DNA from: Armatimonadota bacterium
GTDB lineage: Bacteria > Armatimonadota > SYMT01
Assembly: GCA_041690135.1 (NCBI GenBank)
Contig: JAWLHY010000001.1
Coordinates: 352,001-416,000, forward strand
Direction of reading: 5' to 3'
DNA length: 64,000 bases
The translations under genes were made by a program, and so were the position numbers. The notes beneath the pieces were generated by a model, which saw only the letters and a list, made by a program, of their open reading frames with translations, had not been told where the DNA came from and searched no databases. Each line of letters opens with the position of its first letter. Position 1 is the first letter of the stretch. Positions 1 to 9,870 of the stretch are shown here, piece after piece.

Positions 1-99
1 AGACTGAAAAATAGCCCGGCCGCCACAGCGTCAATATCGGGATAACGCGTCCCCGGTCAGGGCACTTGCCGCTCTGCCGGCGCGAAAGGGAAGTGGGAG

Positions 100-762
100 A
101 TGGGAAAAAAGGGAGCATCGCCGGTCCTGAAGAAGGCTCTTGTTGCCGCGGCCCTGCTGCTCTCGACCCTGCTGCTCTCGACCCTCTCCGCTGTCCCTGC
201 CGCTGCGGACCAATTGATCCAGATTCCCACGGCGGACCGTTCCGCCGGGATCCGCGCCGAATACCTTCATCGGTTCCAGGGCGAGGACCAGGGGTACGGG
301 ACGGTACTCGCCCCCCTGGGCCTCGCCTATGAGCTGATGACCCGTTACTACAACGGCCTGGACGGGAGCCACAACTTCGAGGCTGGCGGTCAACTCCAGC
401 TCCTTCCGGACGGGGTGGTCACGCCGGCAGTGGCGCTCGGGGTGTGGGACCTCACCAACAGCTCGCCCTGGGGCCGCCGAGGCTTTCTGGTATTCACAAA
501 AGGATTGGAGCAGGGACAACTCGGTTTGCCGCGACCCTTTCGCCGGGCGCAGTTGACCTTCGGTACCGGCACCGGCCGGTTTTCCGGGGTATTCGCCGGA
601 CTCCGCCTCGACCTGCCCGCCAACATCAGCTTGATTTCCGAGTACGATACCCGCCGCCTGAACGCCGGTTTCGTCATCTCACCCGTTCGAGGCGTCTCCC
701 TCAAAGCCACCGTCCAGAACGGCGAGCCTTTCTTCGGCGGCGAACTCCGCAAGAGTTTTTAG
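100..762 (+). CDS. Exported YjbH-like / outer-membrane beta-barrel protein
   Basis: Signal peptide (ALVAAALLL...AVPAAA), amphipathic beta-strand pattern, C-terminal Phe (GGELRKSF); GGGAG SD before the ATG. Confidence 0.6.
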   Translation: MGKKGASPVLKKALVAAALLLSTLLLSTLSAVPAAADQLIQIPTADRSAGIRAEYLHRFQGEDQGYGTVLAPLGLAYELMTRYYNGLDGSHNFEAGGQLQLLPDGVVTPAVALGVWDLTNSSPWGRRGFLVFTKGLEQGQLGLPRPFRRAQLTFGTGTGRFSGVFAGLRLDLPANISLISEYDTRRLNAGFVISPVRGVSLKATVQNGEPFFGGELRKSF

Positions 763-974
763 AAATCGATCCGGACTCCCGGCACACGCTGAATCGGGGG
801 AGTAGTCTCGGACCACGACCGCGAACGTGGTTCTAGCTATGTATTCGGAACCGACGGGGTCCGAGAGGGGAGGCCGGACGATAGTCCGGGTTCGGATGGG
901 GCGGTCGCAAAGTTTGCCGGACTATCCTCTGGCCTCCCAACGCGCTCTGAAGGTTCCATTGGAGTTCATCAGCA

Positions 975-2765
975 ATGAGTAGCGGAGAGGCGGGTATCGG
1001 AGAGCCCTCGCAGCTCTTTGGCACGGGGCGGGAAGGGTTCACCACCCGGCCGGTGATCGCGGGCCGGAAGGGAGTGGTCACGGCCGGGCATTACCTTGCG
1101 GCCACCGCCGGGATGGAAATCCTGCGCGCGGGCGGCAATGCCATCGATGCCGGGGTCGCGATGGGCTTCTGTCTGGCGGTGCTGGAACCCCAGAGCAACG
1201 GGATTGGCGGGGAGTCGCCGATCCTGATCCACCACGCCCAGTCGGGGCGCACGGTTGCCATCAACGGTCAAGGCACAGCCCCCGCGGCCGCCACGATCGA
1301 CTATTTCCGGCAGCGCGGGATCGACCTGATCCCCGGCGATGGGCTCCTCGCCGCCACGGTGCCCAGCCAGGTCTCCAACTGGATCCTGGCCATGGATGAG
1401 TTCGGTACTCTCCCGCTGTCCACCGTGCTTGCGCCCGCCCTCGAGCTGGCCCGCGACGGCTTCCCCATGACCCACGGCCTGCGCCGCTGCATCGCGGCCA
1501 ATGCCCGCCGGTATCGGGAAGAGTGGCCGGGATCCGCCGCAGTCTACCTTCCTGGCGACCGCGTCCCCGAGTGGGGGGATGGTCTGCGGAACCCGGAGTG
1601 GGCCGCAACGTTCGAGGCGTTGGCGCGCGCCGAGCAAGAGGCCGCGGGGCGGGGACGCTCCGCCGGACTGGAGGCGGCCCGGGACATCTTCTACCGTGGA
1701 TTCATCGCCGAACGGATCTCCGCGTTCTGCCGCGACCAGCGGTTCCGCGACGCCTCCGGAGGGGAGAACCCGGGCCTGCTCACCTACGACGACCTGGCGG
1801 GGTTCCGCTCGCATGTGGAGGATCCGGCCACCGTCAACTACCGGGGTCTCGACGTTTACAAGTGCGGACCGTGGAGCCAGGGGCCCGTCTTCCTGCAGCA
1901 GCTCACCCTGCTGGAAGGCTACGACCTCCTCGGATTGGGCCACAACAGCGCCGATTACATCCACACCTGTGTGGAGTGCGCCAAGCTGGCCTTCGCCGAC
2001 CGGGAGTTCTACTACGGGGACCCGCGGTTTGCGGAGGTGCCGCTGGAACGGCTCCTCTCGAAAGAGTACGCGGCGCGGCGCCGGCAGTTAGTGGGGGAGC
2101 GCGCCTCCCTCGCACTGCGTCCCGGCGACGTCGCACCGCGCCCGATGCGGCTGATCCTGGGAGATGAGCGTTCCTACCACGGCGACACCACCCACCTCGA
2201 CGCCATCGACGCGGAAGGGAACATGATCGCCGCCACCCCCAGTGGCGGGTGGATCCCCAGCAACCCGGTCATCCCGGGCCTGGGCTTCCCGCTCGGCACC
2301 CGCGCGCAGATGTTCTCGCTCGATCCCGCGCATCCCAATGCCCTGCAGCCCGGCAAGCGGCCGCGGACGACCCTCACCCCCTCGCTCGTAATGCGGGAGA
2401 GCCAACCCTGGATGGTGTTCGGCACGCCAGGCGGCGACCAGCAGGACCAGTGGACACTGCAGTTCTTCCTGAATGTGGTGGATTTCGGCATGAGTATCCA
2501 GGAAGCCCTGGACGCCCCCACCTTCCACAGTCAGCACTTCCCCAGCAGCTTCTACCCCCGCGCGCAGCACCCGGGCCGCCTGGTGGTGGAGGGCCGTATT
2601 CCCGCTACCGTGCGAGAGGAACTCGCCCGGCGGGGTCACGAAATAGAAGTAACCGGCGATTGGGCCAACGGAAGGGTGCTGGGCATCCGCTTCGATCCGG
2701 CCCGCGGTCTCATCTTTGGCGGCGCCTCACCCCGTCTCGAAACCGGCTACGCCATCGGTTGGTAA
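975..2765 (+). CDS. ggt: Gamma-glutamyltransferase family protein (YwrD/HpxW-like)
   Basis: GGNAIDAGVA, GIGGE, catalytic Thr in GDTTHLDAID, LQPGKRPRTTLTP, FGTPGGDQQ motifs. Confidence 0.93.
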   Translation: MSSGEAGIGEPSQLFGTGREGFTTRPVIAGRKGVVTAGHYLAATAGMEILRAGGNAIDAGVAMGFCLAVLEPQSNGIGGESPILIHHAQSGRTVAINGQGTAPAAATIDYFRQRGIDLIPGDGLLAATVPSQVSNWILAMDEFGTLPLSTVLAPALELARDGFPMTHGLRRCIAANARRYREEWPGSAAVYLPGDRVPEWGDGLRNPEWAATFEALARAEQEAAGRGRSAGLEAARDIFYRGFIAERISAFCRDQRFRDASGGENPGLLTYDDLAGFRSHVEDPATVNYRGLDVYKCGPWSQGPVFLQQLTLLEGYDLLGLGHNSADYIHTCVECAKLAFADREFYYGDPRFAEVPLERLLSKEYAARRRQLVGERASLALRPGDVAPRPMRLILGDERSYHGDTTHLDAIDAEGNMIAATPSGGWIPSNPVIPGLGFPLGTRAQMFSLDPAHPNALQPGKRPRTTLTPSLVMRESQPWMVFGTPGGDQQDQWTLQFFLNVVDFGMSIQEALDAPTFHSQHFPSSFYPRAQHPGRLVVEGRIPATVREELARRGHEIEVTGDWANGRVLGIRFDPARGLIFGGASPRLETGYAIGW

Positions 2766-2783
2766 TGCATCCCGGGGTATCCT

Positions 2784-3674
2784 ATGCCCACCGAGCAGAT
2801 CCCGATCCTCTTCGATACCGACATCGGCAGCGACATCGATGACGCAGTCGCGCTCGCTTACCTCCTGCGCGAGCCGCGCTGCGAGCTCGTCGGCATTACC
2901 ACGGTGACCGGGCAGCCCCAGGTGCGAGCGCGCCTGGCCGACGCGCTCTGCCGGGCCGCGGGTCGCACCGACGTTCCGATCCACTCCGGCATCGAGCAGC
3001 CGTTCCTGATCGAGCAGCGACAGCAGGAGTCGCCGCAAGGTGCGGTGCTCTCCCGCTGGCCGCATCGCGAAGAGTTTCCGGCGAACACGGCCGTTCCCTT
3101 CATGCAGGAGGTGATCCGGTCCCGACCCGGGGAGATCACGCTGCTCGCGGTGGGACCTTTCACCAATGTGGGCGTGCTGTTCGCGATGGACCCCGAGATC
3201 CCGACCCTGTTGAAACGGCTGGTCGTGATGGGAGGGGTCTACACGACGGCGGTGGCCGGCGCGGCCCGCACCGAATGGAATCTCGGCTGCGACCCGCACG
3301 CCGCAGCCCGAATGTTCCAGGCGCCCGTTCCGGAGACGGTAGCCTTCGGGCTGGACGTCACCCTCCGCTGCTCGCTGGAAGCGGGCGAGTGCCGCGGGCG
3401 CTTTACCGGTCCGCTGCTGGGCCTGGTGGCGGAGATGGCCGAGGTCTGGTTCGCCCGCCGTCCCCGCCTCGTGTTCCACGATCCCCTGGCCGCGGCGGCG
3501 ATCTTCGAACCGGAGCTCTGCACCTATCAGCACGGGACGATCGAGGTGGAACTGCTCAGCCCGCGCGTCGCTGGGATGACGCACTGGCGGCCCGAGCCGG
3601 AGGGCCCTCACCGGATCGCGGTCGATGTGGATGCCCGCCGCTTCTTCGAACGTTACTTCGCGGTTTTCGAGTAA
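2784..3674 (+). CDS. Inosine/uridine-preferring nucleoside hydrolase
   Basis: N-terminal DTDIGSDIDDA motif, VGPFTN, EWN...DPHAA, HDPLAA. Confidence 0.92.
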   Translation: MPTEQIPILFDTDIGSDIDDAVALAYLLREPRCELVGITTVTGQPQVRARLADALCRAAGRTDVPIHSGIEQPFLIEQRQQESPQGAVLSRWPHREEFPANTAVPFMQEVIRSRPGEITLLAVGPFTNVGVLFAMDPEIPTLLKRLVVMGGVYTTAVAGAARTEWNLGCDPHAAARMFQAPVPETVAFGLDVTLRCSLEAGECRGRFTGPLLGLVAEMAEVWFARRPRLVFHDPLAAAAIFEPELCTYQHGTIEVELLSPRVAGMTHWRPEPEGPHRIAVDVDARRFFERYFAVFE

Positions 3675-3875
3675 GAGTAGGAGCAGGAGTAAGAGTGAGC
3701 GTACGAGTGAGGCCGCCAGGATGCCGGTCCACGACGAACCTGACCACCCGAACACGCGAACCTTCAACCTTCAACCTTGGGCCCCAAAGGGGGGTGCCAA
3801 CCTTCAACTTTCAACCTGCCAACCTTCAACCCTGATCTGCATCCGTGTCAACGATCAAGACCGAGAGGAATACCG

Positions 3876-4730
3876 ATGTCCATGAATCCGAATCCCCGCT
3901 TCTCCCGCCGCGACCTGCTGGGGGGAATGGCCACGCTGGCCGGCGGCGCCATGCTCGGCGGCCTGCTCTCCGAAGCCGAAGCGCAGGGAAAGTCCCCGTA
4001 CGGCCCCTTCAAAATGGGTATCCAGAGCTACTCATTGCGCCACTTCAACGTCGATGAGGCGCTCAAGCACACCCAAACGCTCGGACTGAAGTACTGGGAG
4101 GCCTACGGTGGCGCGAAAGGCCACGTGCCGCTGACCACCGAAGCCGCCCAGGTCTCCGCCATGCGCGAGAAGCTGAAGGCCGCGGGGATCAAGCTGGAAG
4201 CCCATGGGGTGAGTGGCTTCGGTAAGGACACCGCCGCGAACCGCCAGGTTTTTGTGGCCGCGAAGATGCTCGGGATCAAGACCCTCAGCGCCGACCCCGC
4301 TCCGGAGGCCTACAGCCAGCTCGACGAGCTCGTGGAAGAGTTCAAAATCAACATCGCCATCCACAACCACGGCCCGGGGCACCGCTACGACAAGCTGGAC
4401 TCGGTGCTCAAGGCGGTGGAAGGCCGGCACCCCCGGTTCGGCGTGTGCGTCGACACCGGTCATTTCCTCCGGTCCAGCGAGAACCCGGTCGAAGTGATCA
4501 AGGCTCTCGGCAAGCGGGTCCATGGTGTCCACCTGAAGGACGTGAAGGACGCCAAAGTCTTCACCGTGCTCGGCAAAGGGGATCTCGACCTCGTCGGCAC
4601 CCTGAAAACGTTGAAGGACCTCAAGTTCAAAGGCGTGATGGCTCTGGAGTACGAAGAGAACCCCCAGAACCCCATGGCCGAAATCGAGGAGTGCCTGGCC
4701 GCGGTCCGTGCAGCGGTGGCGAAGATCTGA
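3876..4730 (+). CDS. Tat-exported sugar phosphate isomerase/epimerase (AP endonuclease 2 TIM barrel)
   Basis: SRRDLL twin-arginine signal; IHNHG, CVDTGHF, HLKD, ALEYE metal motifs; start moved to the ATG after SD GAGAGG. Confidence 0.88.
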   Translation: MSMNPNPRFSRRDLLGGMATLAGGAMLGGLLSEAEAQGKSPYGPFKMGIQSYSLRHFNVDEALKHTQTLGLKYWEAYGGAKGHVPLTTEAAQVSAMREKLKAAGIKLEAHGVSGFGKDTAANRQVFVAAKMLGIKTLSADPAPEAYSQLDELVEEFKINIAIHNHGPGHRYDKLDSVLKAVEGRHPRFGVCVDTGHFLRSSENPVEVIKALGKRVHGVHLKDVKDAKVFTVLGKGDLDLVGTLKTLKDLKFKGVMALEYEENPQNPMAEIEECLAAVRAAVAKI

Positions 4731-4795
4731 TAGCGAGCGGACGGGTCCGAGAACCGCGAGGTGTCCCCTCATCTCGCGCTCATTTTGAAATCCCG

Positions 4796-4829
4796 GTGGG
4801 GCGGTGCGAGACTTCTCGCACCGCCCCAC
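4796..4829. repeat. Perfect palindrome (REP-like or terminator)
   Basis: GTGGGGCGGTGCGAGA-CT-TCTCGCACCGCCCCAC downstream of the isomerase gene. Confidence 0.55.
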
Positions 4830-4965
4830 GCGTTTTCGAGGACGTGATCCGCTGCTTGCGAGAACCGGCCCCTCGCTGTACCGGGCGAGGGCCGGTTCCC
4901 AAGTCTTGCAAAAAAACAGCAAGCCTCAATCGAATCGCCCTAAATCTATTCGCATGATGTGCGCA

Positions 4966-4979
4966 TTGTCACATGACAA
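4966..4979. promoter_or_regulatory. Palindromic operator candidate (GntR-like)
   Basis: TTGTCA-CA-TGACAA in an AT-richer region upstream of a DUF1559 gene. Confidence 0.4.
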
Positions 4980-5125
4980 CAAGCGGGCCCCTCAACCTTC
5001 GGCCAACATACACCTGCCACCCGAACCACCAACCGGGGAACCCACCGTAGGGTCTCGGTGAGAACGATGCAGCGTGTGGATGCTGGTCGGGTAGCGTACT
5101 CATTCTGCTATAGGAGACGAACCAA

Positions 5126-5836
5126 ATGAAAAAGGCTCTGGGTCGGGGTTTCACCCTGATCGAGTTGCTCGTCGTGATTGCGATTATCGCTATCCTCGCC
5201 GCCATCCTCTTCCCCGTCTTCGCCCGTGCCCGCGAGGCCGCCCGCAAGTCGAGCTGCCAGAGTAATCTGAAGCAGATCGGCACCGCCTTCGCCATGTACG
5301 TCCAGGACTATGACCAGGCCTATCCGCACTTCGGCGGTGGAGACTTCCCGATCACCACCAACCCCCGAAGGCACTGGCCATCCGCCGTATTCCCGTACAT
5401 CAAGAACCGCCAGGTGTATAAGTGCCCCAGCGATATCTGGCGGAATGCCGCAGTCAGCTACAATGGCAATAACTATATGAGCTTCCGGGTGGAGTCGAGC
5501 ATTGAGTTTCCCGCCGAAGTTGTGCTCGCCATGGACGGATATTCCGGCCGCGGCGGTCAGCGGGATCCAAACAATGCAACTTATGACTTCGGGCTCAACT
5601 CCGACTACACCATTTGGGACTCTACCTCCCGCGCTACGAATCGCGCTGACGGCCTTCCTCGCCACAGCGACACGAACAACGTGCTCTACACCGATGGCCA
5701 CGTAAAGAGTACTCCGCAGCTCAAGCAGTGGGGGGCAGGTAACGACGCGGGTGCCCGTGCTGCGCTCCAAGGCGCCCTGCCGTATCGCAAGCACATCTTC
5801 CCGCCGAACTCTTCCGGCCGGACACAATGGAATTAA
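5126..5836 (+). CDS. DUF1559 prepilin-type N-terminal cleavage/methylation protein
   Basis: [37 protein letters not shown]-terminal H-X9-DG ([13 protein letters not shown]). Confidence 0.93.
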   Translation: MKKALGRGFTLIELLVVIAIIAILAAILFPVFARAREAARKSSCQSNLKQIGTAFAMYVQDYDQAYPHFGGGDFPITTNPRRHWPSAVFPYIKNRQVYKCPSDIWRNAAVSYNGNNYMSFRVESSIEFPAEVVLAMDGYSGRGGQRDPNNATYDFGLNSDYTIWDSTSRATNRADGLPRHSDTNNVLYTDGHVKSTPQLKQWGAGNDAGARAALQGALPYRKHIFPPNSSGRTQWN

Positions 5837-5910
5837 GGGTGGCCCCTTCGTCAGCTGGCCAGGCATCGGCAGTGCCTGGAAAACCGGGAACTGTCGCGTG
5901 ATCCGGCTCC

Positions 5911-5936
5911 CGCCCCCGGTTCTACCGGGGGCGTTT
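5911..5936. terminator. Intrinsic terminator hairpin
   Basis: CGCCCCCGGT-TCT-ACCGGGGGCG-TTT between convergent genes. Confidence 0.6.
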
Positions 5937-5986
5937 ACTCATTCCAACACACGGCTGCCTTGTAGTGGCTGACCGTGAGTCGCATA

Positions 5987-7696
5987 TCAGGGGTTCGGCG
6001 TCAGCGTGTGCGACCGGTTGGTCGACAGGTGGGCATGCTCGGTGCTCTCGCCATGGGGCCAGGTGACGCGAACACGCACGGGATCGGCGGTCGCGGTCCC
6101 GAAGTGGAGGACGGGCTCGCTCTGCGAGAGGAATAGCCCGCCTGCGCGGACCGTTTGCTCCTGAGTCGTACTCCCGGCTATCACCTGAACGCGGGCGCCA
6201 ACGCCGGTTGGGTTGCCTTTAGGACCGCGCAGCACGAGTCGCAGCCAGTTTCCCGCGGGGCGACTTTCGTTCCTCAACAGGTGCGCGCCGCGATTGTTCT
6301 CCACCACCACGAGGTCGGGGTCGCCGTCCCGGTCGTAGTCTGCCACCGCGCAGCCGCGTACCACCCACTTCTGCTCGAACGCCGGCCCCGCCTGGCTTCC
6401 CAGTTCCGTGAACTGCCCGTTCTTCTGGTTGTGATAGAAGAGGGGACGCTGTGCGTAGGTAACGTTGGCCTCGAACCGCTCGATGAAGTCGTCGATGTGG
6501 CCGTTGCCGATAAAGGCATCTCGCCAGCCATCGAGGTCAGCGTCGAGAAAGGCCAGTCCAAAGGTCAGCGAGTAGAGGCTGCTCTGCCCCATGCCCACCT
6601 TTTCCGTCACCTCCGCGTAGATCCGGTCGGAATCCGGTTCGAAGAGGGAGAGCTTCTGCCCGGAGAAGTTGCCGATCAGGACCGACTCCCGTCCCTGGTT
6701 GCGCCAATCCGCCGCGTCGATCCCCATGCCTGCCTTGGGAATGCCGCCCTCGGCCAGTCCCAGACCCATTTCCGCGCCGAGGTCGCGGAAGCGTTTCCCC
6801 TCCTCGTTGCGGAACAGCGCGGTCTGGGTGCCGTCGCTGCTCACGGCGATATCGGGCCAGCCGTCCCGGTCGTAGTCGAGAACGAGCGGCTGGAACCACT
6901 TGCCGGCCACCTGGTCGATTCCCTTTTCCCGGCTCACATCCCGGAAACGACCGCTCCCCAGGTTCCGGTAGAGGCGGCAGCGCTCGTTGGGGTACTTCCA
7001 TGGGGGGCAGTAACGCTTCAGTTCTCCGGGCACGCCGCAGAACTGGTCCGTCTCCGGCGACCAACGCACGTAGCGGGCCACGAACAGGTCGAGGCGTCCG
7101 TCCCGGTCGTAGTCCAGCCAGGCGGAGCCGCTGTGCCACTCCCACGGTTCTCCGGATCCCGCTACCCCCGCCTCCTTCGCTACCTCGGTGAACCGTCCTT
7201 TCCCGTTGTTGCGGAACAGGCGGTTCGGGCCCAGGCAGGAAATGAAGAGGTCCTGGTCTCCGTCCCCATCGTAATCGGCGGCAGACACCCCCTGACCGTA
7301 GAGGGAAACATCCAGCCCGGATCCGGCGGTGATGTCTTGAAAAGTGCCGTCACCCCGGTTGCGGTAGAGCGCCGCCGTCGGCTTCTCCCCAGGCGGGCCG
7401 CCGGGTAGGGGGGTGCAGTTCACCAGCACCAGGTCCTGCCATTCGTCCCCGTCAACATCCACCCACGCGCAGCCGGAGCCGATCGTCTCGGGCATCAGCT
7501 TCTTCCCAAAGCCGCCGTGATGATGCTTGAACCGGATCCCGGCGGTTTCGGTCGCCTCGACAAAGCGGATACCGCTTTCTCGGCCCCTCGAGAACGCTAC
7601 CGCCTGCGGTCCTGCTTTCGGTTGCGCGCAGCCGGCCACCCATCCGGCAGAGGTCACCGCCGCACCCAGGACGGAAAGAACCTTAACGCGCCGCAC
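5987..7696 (-). CDS. CRTAC1 / ASPIC-UnbV family FG-GAP repeat protein
   Basis: Multiple DYDxDGxxDL repeats, MPETIGSG, C-terminal NWLRLVLRG...GARV...LHFG; GTG start with GGAGG SD. Confidence 0.92.
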   Translation of the reverse strand: MRRVKVLSVLGAAVTSAGWVAGCAQPKAGPQAVAFSRGRESGIRFVEATETAGIRFKHHHGGFGKKLMPETIGSGCAWVDVDGDEWQDLVLVNCTPLPGGPPGEKPTAALYRNRGDGTFQDITAGSGLDVSLYGQGVSAADYDGDGDQDLFISCLGPNRLFRNNGKGRFTEVAKEAGVAGSGEPWEWHSGSAWLDYDRDGRLDLFVARYVRWSPETDQFCGVPGELKRYCPPWKYPNERCRLYRNLGSGRFRDVSREKGIDQVAGKWFQPLVLDYDRDGWPDIAVSSDGTQTALFRNEEGKRFRDLGAEMGLGLAEGGIPKAGMGIDAADWRNQGRESVLIGNFSGQKLSLFEPDSDRIYAEVTEKVGMGQSSLYSLTFGLAFLDADLDGWRDAFIGNGHIDDFIERFEANVTYAQRPLFYHNQKNGQFTELGSQAGPAFEQKWVVRGCAVADYDRDGDPDLVVVENNRGAHLLRNESRPAGNWLRLVLRGPKGNPTGVGARVQVIAGSTTQEQTVRAGGLFLSQSEPVLHFGTATADPVRVRVTWPHGESTEHAHLSTNRSHTLTPNP

Positions 7697-9611
7697 GCTC
7701 CGCCTCCTCTTGCATCGTGTCGTAGCCCAGTAGGGCGCAGGCATCCGCCAGCCGCTGCTGCGCCTCTTTCCAGGAGGGCTTCAGGGAAGCGGCGATCACC
7801 AGTTCTTGCAGTGCCTCGCGGGCGCGGCCATCCCGGAGGTGGCGGTCGCCCAGGGCAAACCGCGCCGCGGGGTCCGTAGGGGCCTGGTGAACGCGGTTCT
7901 CGAGCTGGGTGCGCCGGGCGTCCCGCAGCCGGACCCCACTATAGACACGCAGCAGCAGCTTCCGTTCGACAGGACGCCCCTGCTTGTGCAGTACCTGGGC
8001 GAGAGAGGGGTAGGGGCCTTCCCACCGGCTGTCGCCATCGATGGCCCGACGATACGCGGCGGCGGCCTCCGGCAGGTGCTCCAGGCGCTGCAGAACCGAT
8101 CCCGCGTTCATCCACGGAAAGAAGTAATCCGGAGAGGCCTTGCCCGCCCGCAGCAGGTGGAAGACGGCCTTACGCGCCTGGTCCGGCGCTTCGGTATTGC
8201 GCGCGTAGGTGAGCCCCAAATAAAGGTGGGAGTACGCATCGCCCGGTTCGAGGGCGACGGCACGCTCTAGGGAAGCCCGCGCCAGGTCGAACTGCTGGGA
8301 GTCGTGATAGTTCTTGCCCAATTCTCCCAGCGGCTCGTTGGCTCGCGCACCGCCCCAGCCGGACGCCGCTTTCAGGACCTCAGCCTGCTCACCTACCTGC
8401 TCCAACCTTCCCAGCAGCGCCGCCTTCAGCAAAGCCAGATCCATGTTGTCCCGGAAGCGCTCCTCCACACCCGTCACCACCTGCAGGGCATCCCGGAGCT
8501 TTCCGTCCGCCGATAGGGAACGCGCCAGGTCCAGGTGTACTGCCGGCCGGTCGGGGCGCAGTTCCGCCGCCCGGCGGAAGGAAGCCTGTGCCGCGGCGAG
8601 TTGCCACCGGGCCATCTGTGCCTTCCCTTGCAGGTGAAATCTTTCTGCCTGCCGGTCGGCAAGTGCGTAGGCCCGCGCCAGGTACTCGAATGCCAGCACC
8701 TCCTGGTAGCCCCCCGCCAGCGCGCGGGAGACCAGGTCGATGGTCGCATCTGCATCCCAGGCAGCGAGGGCTCTTCTCCCAGCTTCAAACGCCGCCGCCG
8801 GATGGCCGGAGCCGTTCCGGGCAAGCGCCATGAGCCGCTGATATCCTCGTTGTCGCCCCGCTCCGGAAGGTAGCCGCAGCTCGGCGCGTCCCCGCAGGTA
8901 CTCGCGGTCGACATCCGGGTCGGCATCGGCCGGCACCCGATCCAATGCGTTCAGCGCACCGGCAAAATCCCGCTGGGCTAGTCGGCAGCGCGCCTGCAGC
9001 GTGAGCACCGAACCCGTGGCCGGATGCGTTCGGAGGCCCCGCTCGATCCAGCGAAGGCCTTCCCGCGGGTTTCGGGCGCGGAACCACACCAGCGCCCCGT
9101 CGAACCACTCTTCACGGACAGGCCCCGTCTTCTCGGCCTTCTTCAGCCAGGTGGAGGCCCCGGCGCCTTCTCCATGCTCTACCAGGGCTCCCGCGAGGCG
9201 GATCTGGAGACCGGCCGGCGCGGGATTGAGGCGTTCTAAAGTCTGCTCTGCCTCCTCCAGCCAGTGAAGCTGGAGACAGTACTCCACATACGGCGCGATA
9301 AACCCCGGACCGGTGGCCTTCTCGGCCAGAGGAAAGAGCGCCAGGGCCGCGCCGGCGGGATCTTCGGACTCCGCACAGGCTTTTGCCAGCGCCAGCCGCG
9401 CCTCCGCATTCCCCGGCTCCTTGAGGACCCGCTCTTCTGCTGTTAGAACGGCGTCCAGGCGCAGATCGGTCCGGACATTAGCCGGGAAATCCGCTCCGGG
9501 GGAGCCGGAAGCGGTGGAACGCGCGCCGTCGGTGCGGGACCCACAGCCCGTGACCACCAGCGGAAACGACAGCAGGACGACGCACGCGGCGGAGCGGAAC
9601 GCGAGAGGCAT
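7683..9611 (-). CDS. Tetratricopeptide-repeat lipoprotein
   Basis: Lipobox-like VVTGC; many TPR-like units (ALEPGDAYSHLYLG, APTDPAARFALG); overlaps the CRTAC1 start. Confidence 0.85.
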   Translation of the reverse strand: MPLAFRSAACVVLLSFPLVVTGCGSRTDGARSTASGSPGADFPANVRTDLRLDAVLTAEERVLKEPGNAEARLALAKACAESEDPAGAALALFPLAEKATGPGFIAPYVEYCLQLHWLEEAEQTLERLNPAPAGLQIRLAGALVEHGEGAGASTWLKKAEKTGPVREEWFDGALVWFRARNPREGLRWIERGLRTHPATGSVLTLQARCRLAQRDFAGALNALDRVPADADPDVDREYLRGRAELRLPSGAGRQRGYQRLMALARNGSGHPAAAFEAGRRALAAWDADATIDLVSRALAGGYQEVLAFEYLARAYALADRQAERFHLQGKAQMARWQLAAAQASFRRAAELRPDRPAVHLDLARSLSADGKLRDALQVVTGVEERFRDNMDLALLKAALLGRLEQVGEQAEVLKAASGWGGARANEPLGELGKNYHDSQQFDLARASLERAVALEPGDAYSHLYLGLTYARNTEAPDQARKAVFHLLRAGKASPDYFFPWMNAGSVLQRLEHLPEAAAAYRRAIDGDSRWEGPYPSLAQVLHKQGRPVERKLLLRVYSGVRLRDARRTQLENRVHQAPTDPAARFALGDRHLRDGRAREALQELVIAASLKPSWKEAQQRLADACALLGYDTMQEEAERAAR

Positions 9612-9870
9612 GAAAGGGGGTTCGAGAGCTACCGCACGAAGCTCAGAGTGGAAGTGAGTGGGCGAGCAAGTGAGTTTACTCTTCCGGTGGCTAAAGAGAC
9701 GCTTTGAAATGCCGTCAGATCACATTCTCGCGAACTTCTTTCGTCGAGAAGAGGGGAATAGCGTGCAAATACTCCGAAACGCAGCAAGCTTGCCCACACC
9801 TTCCAACCGTAGCCCGGCGGCCGGCTGGCTATCCTGAAGATGCTGTATCTGTACCGCCCCTTGGGGCGGA

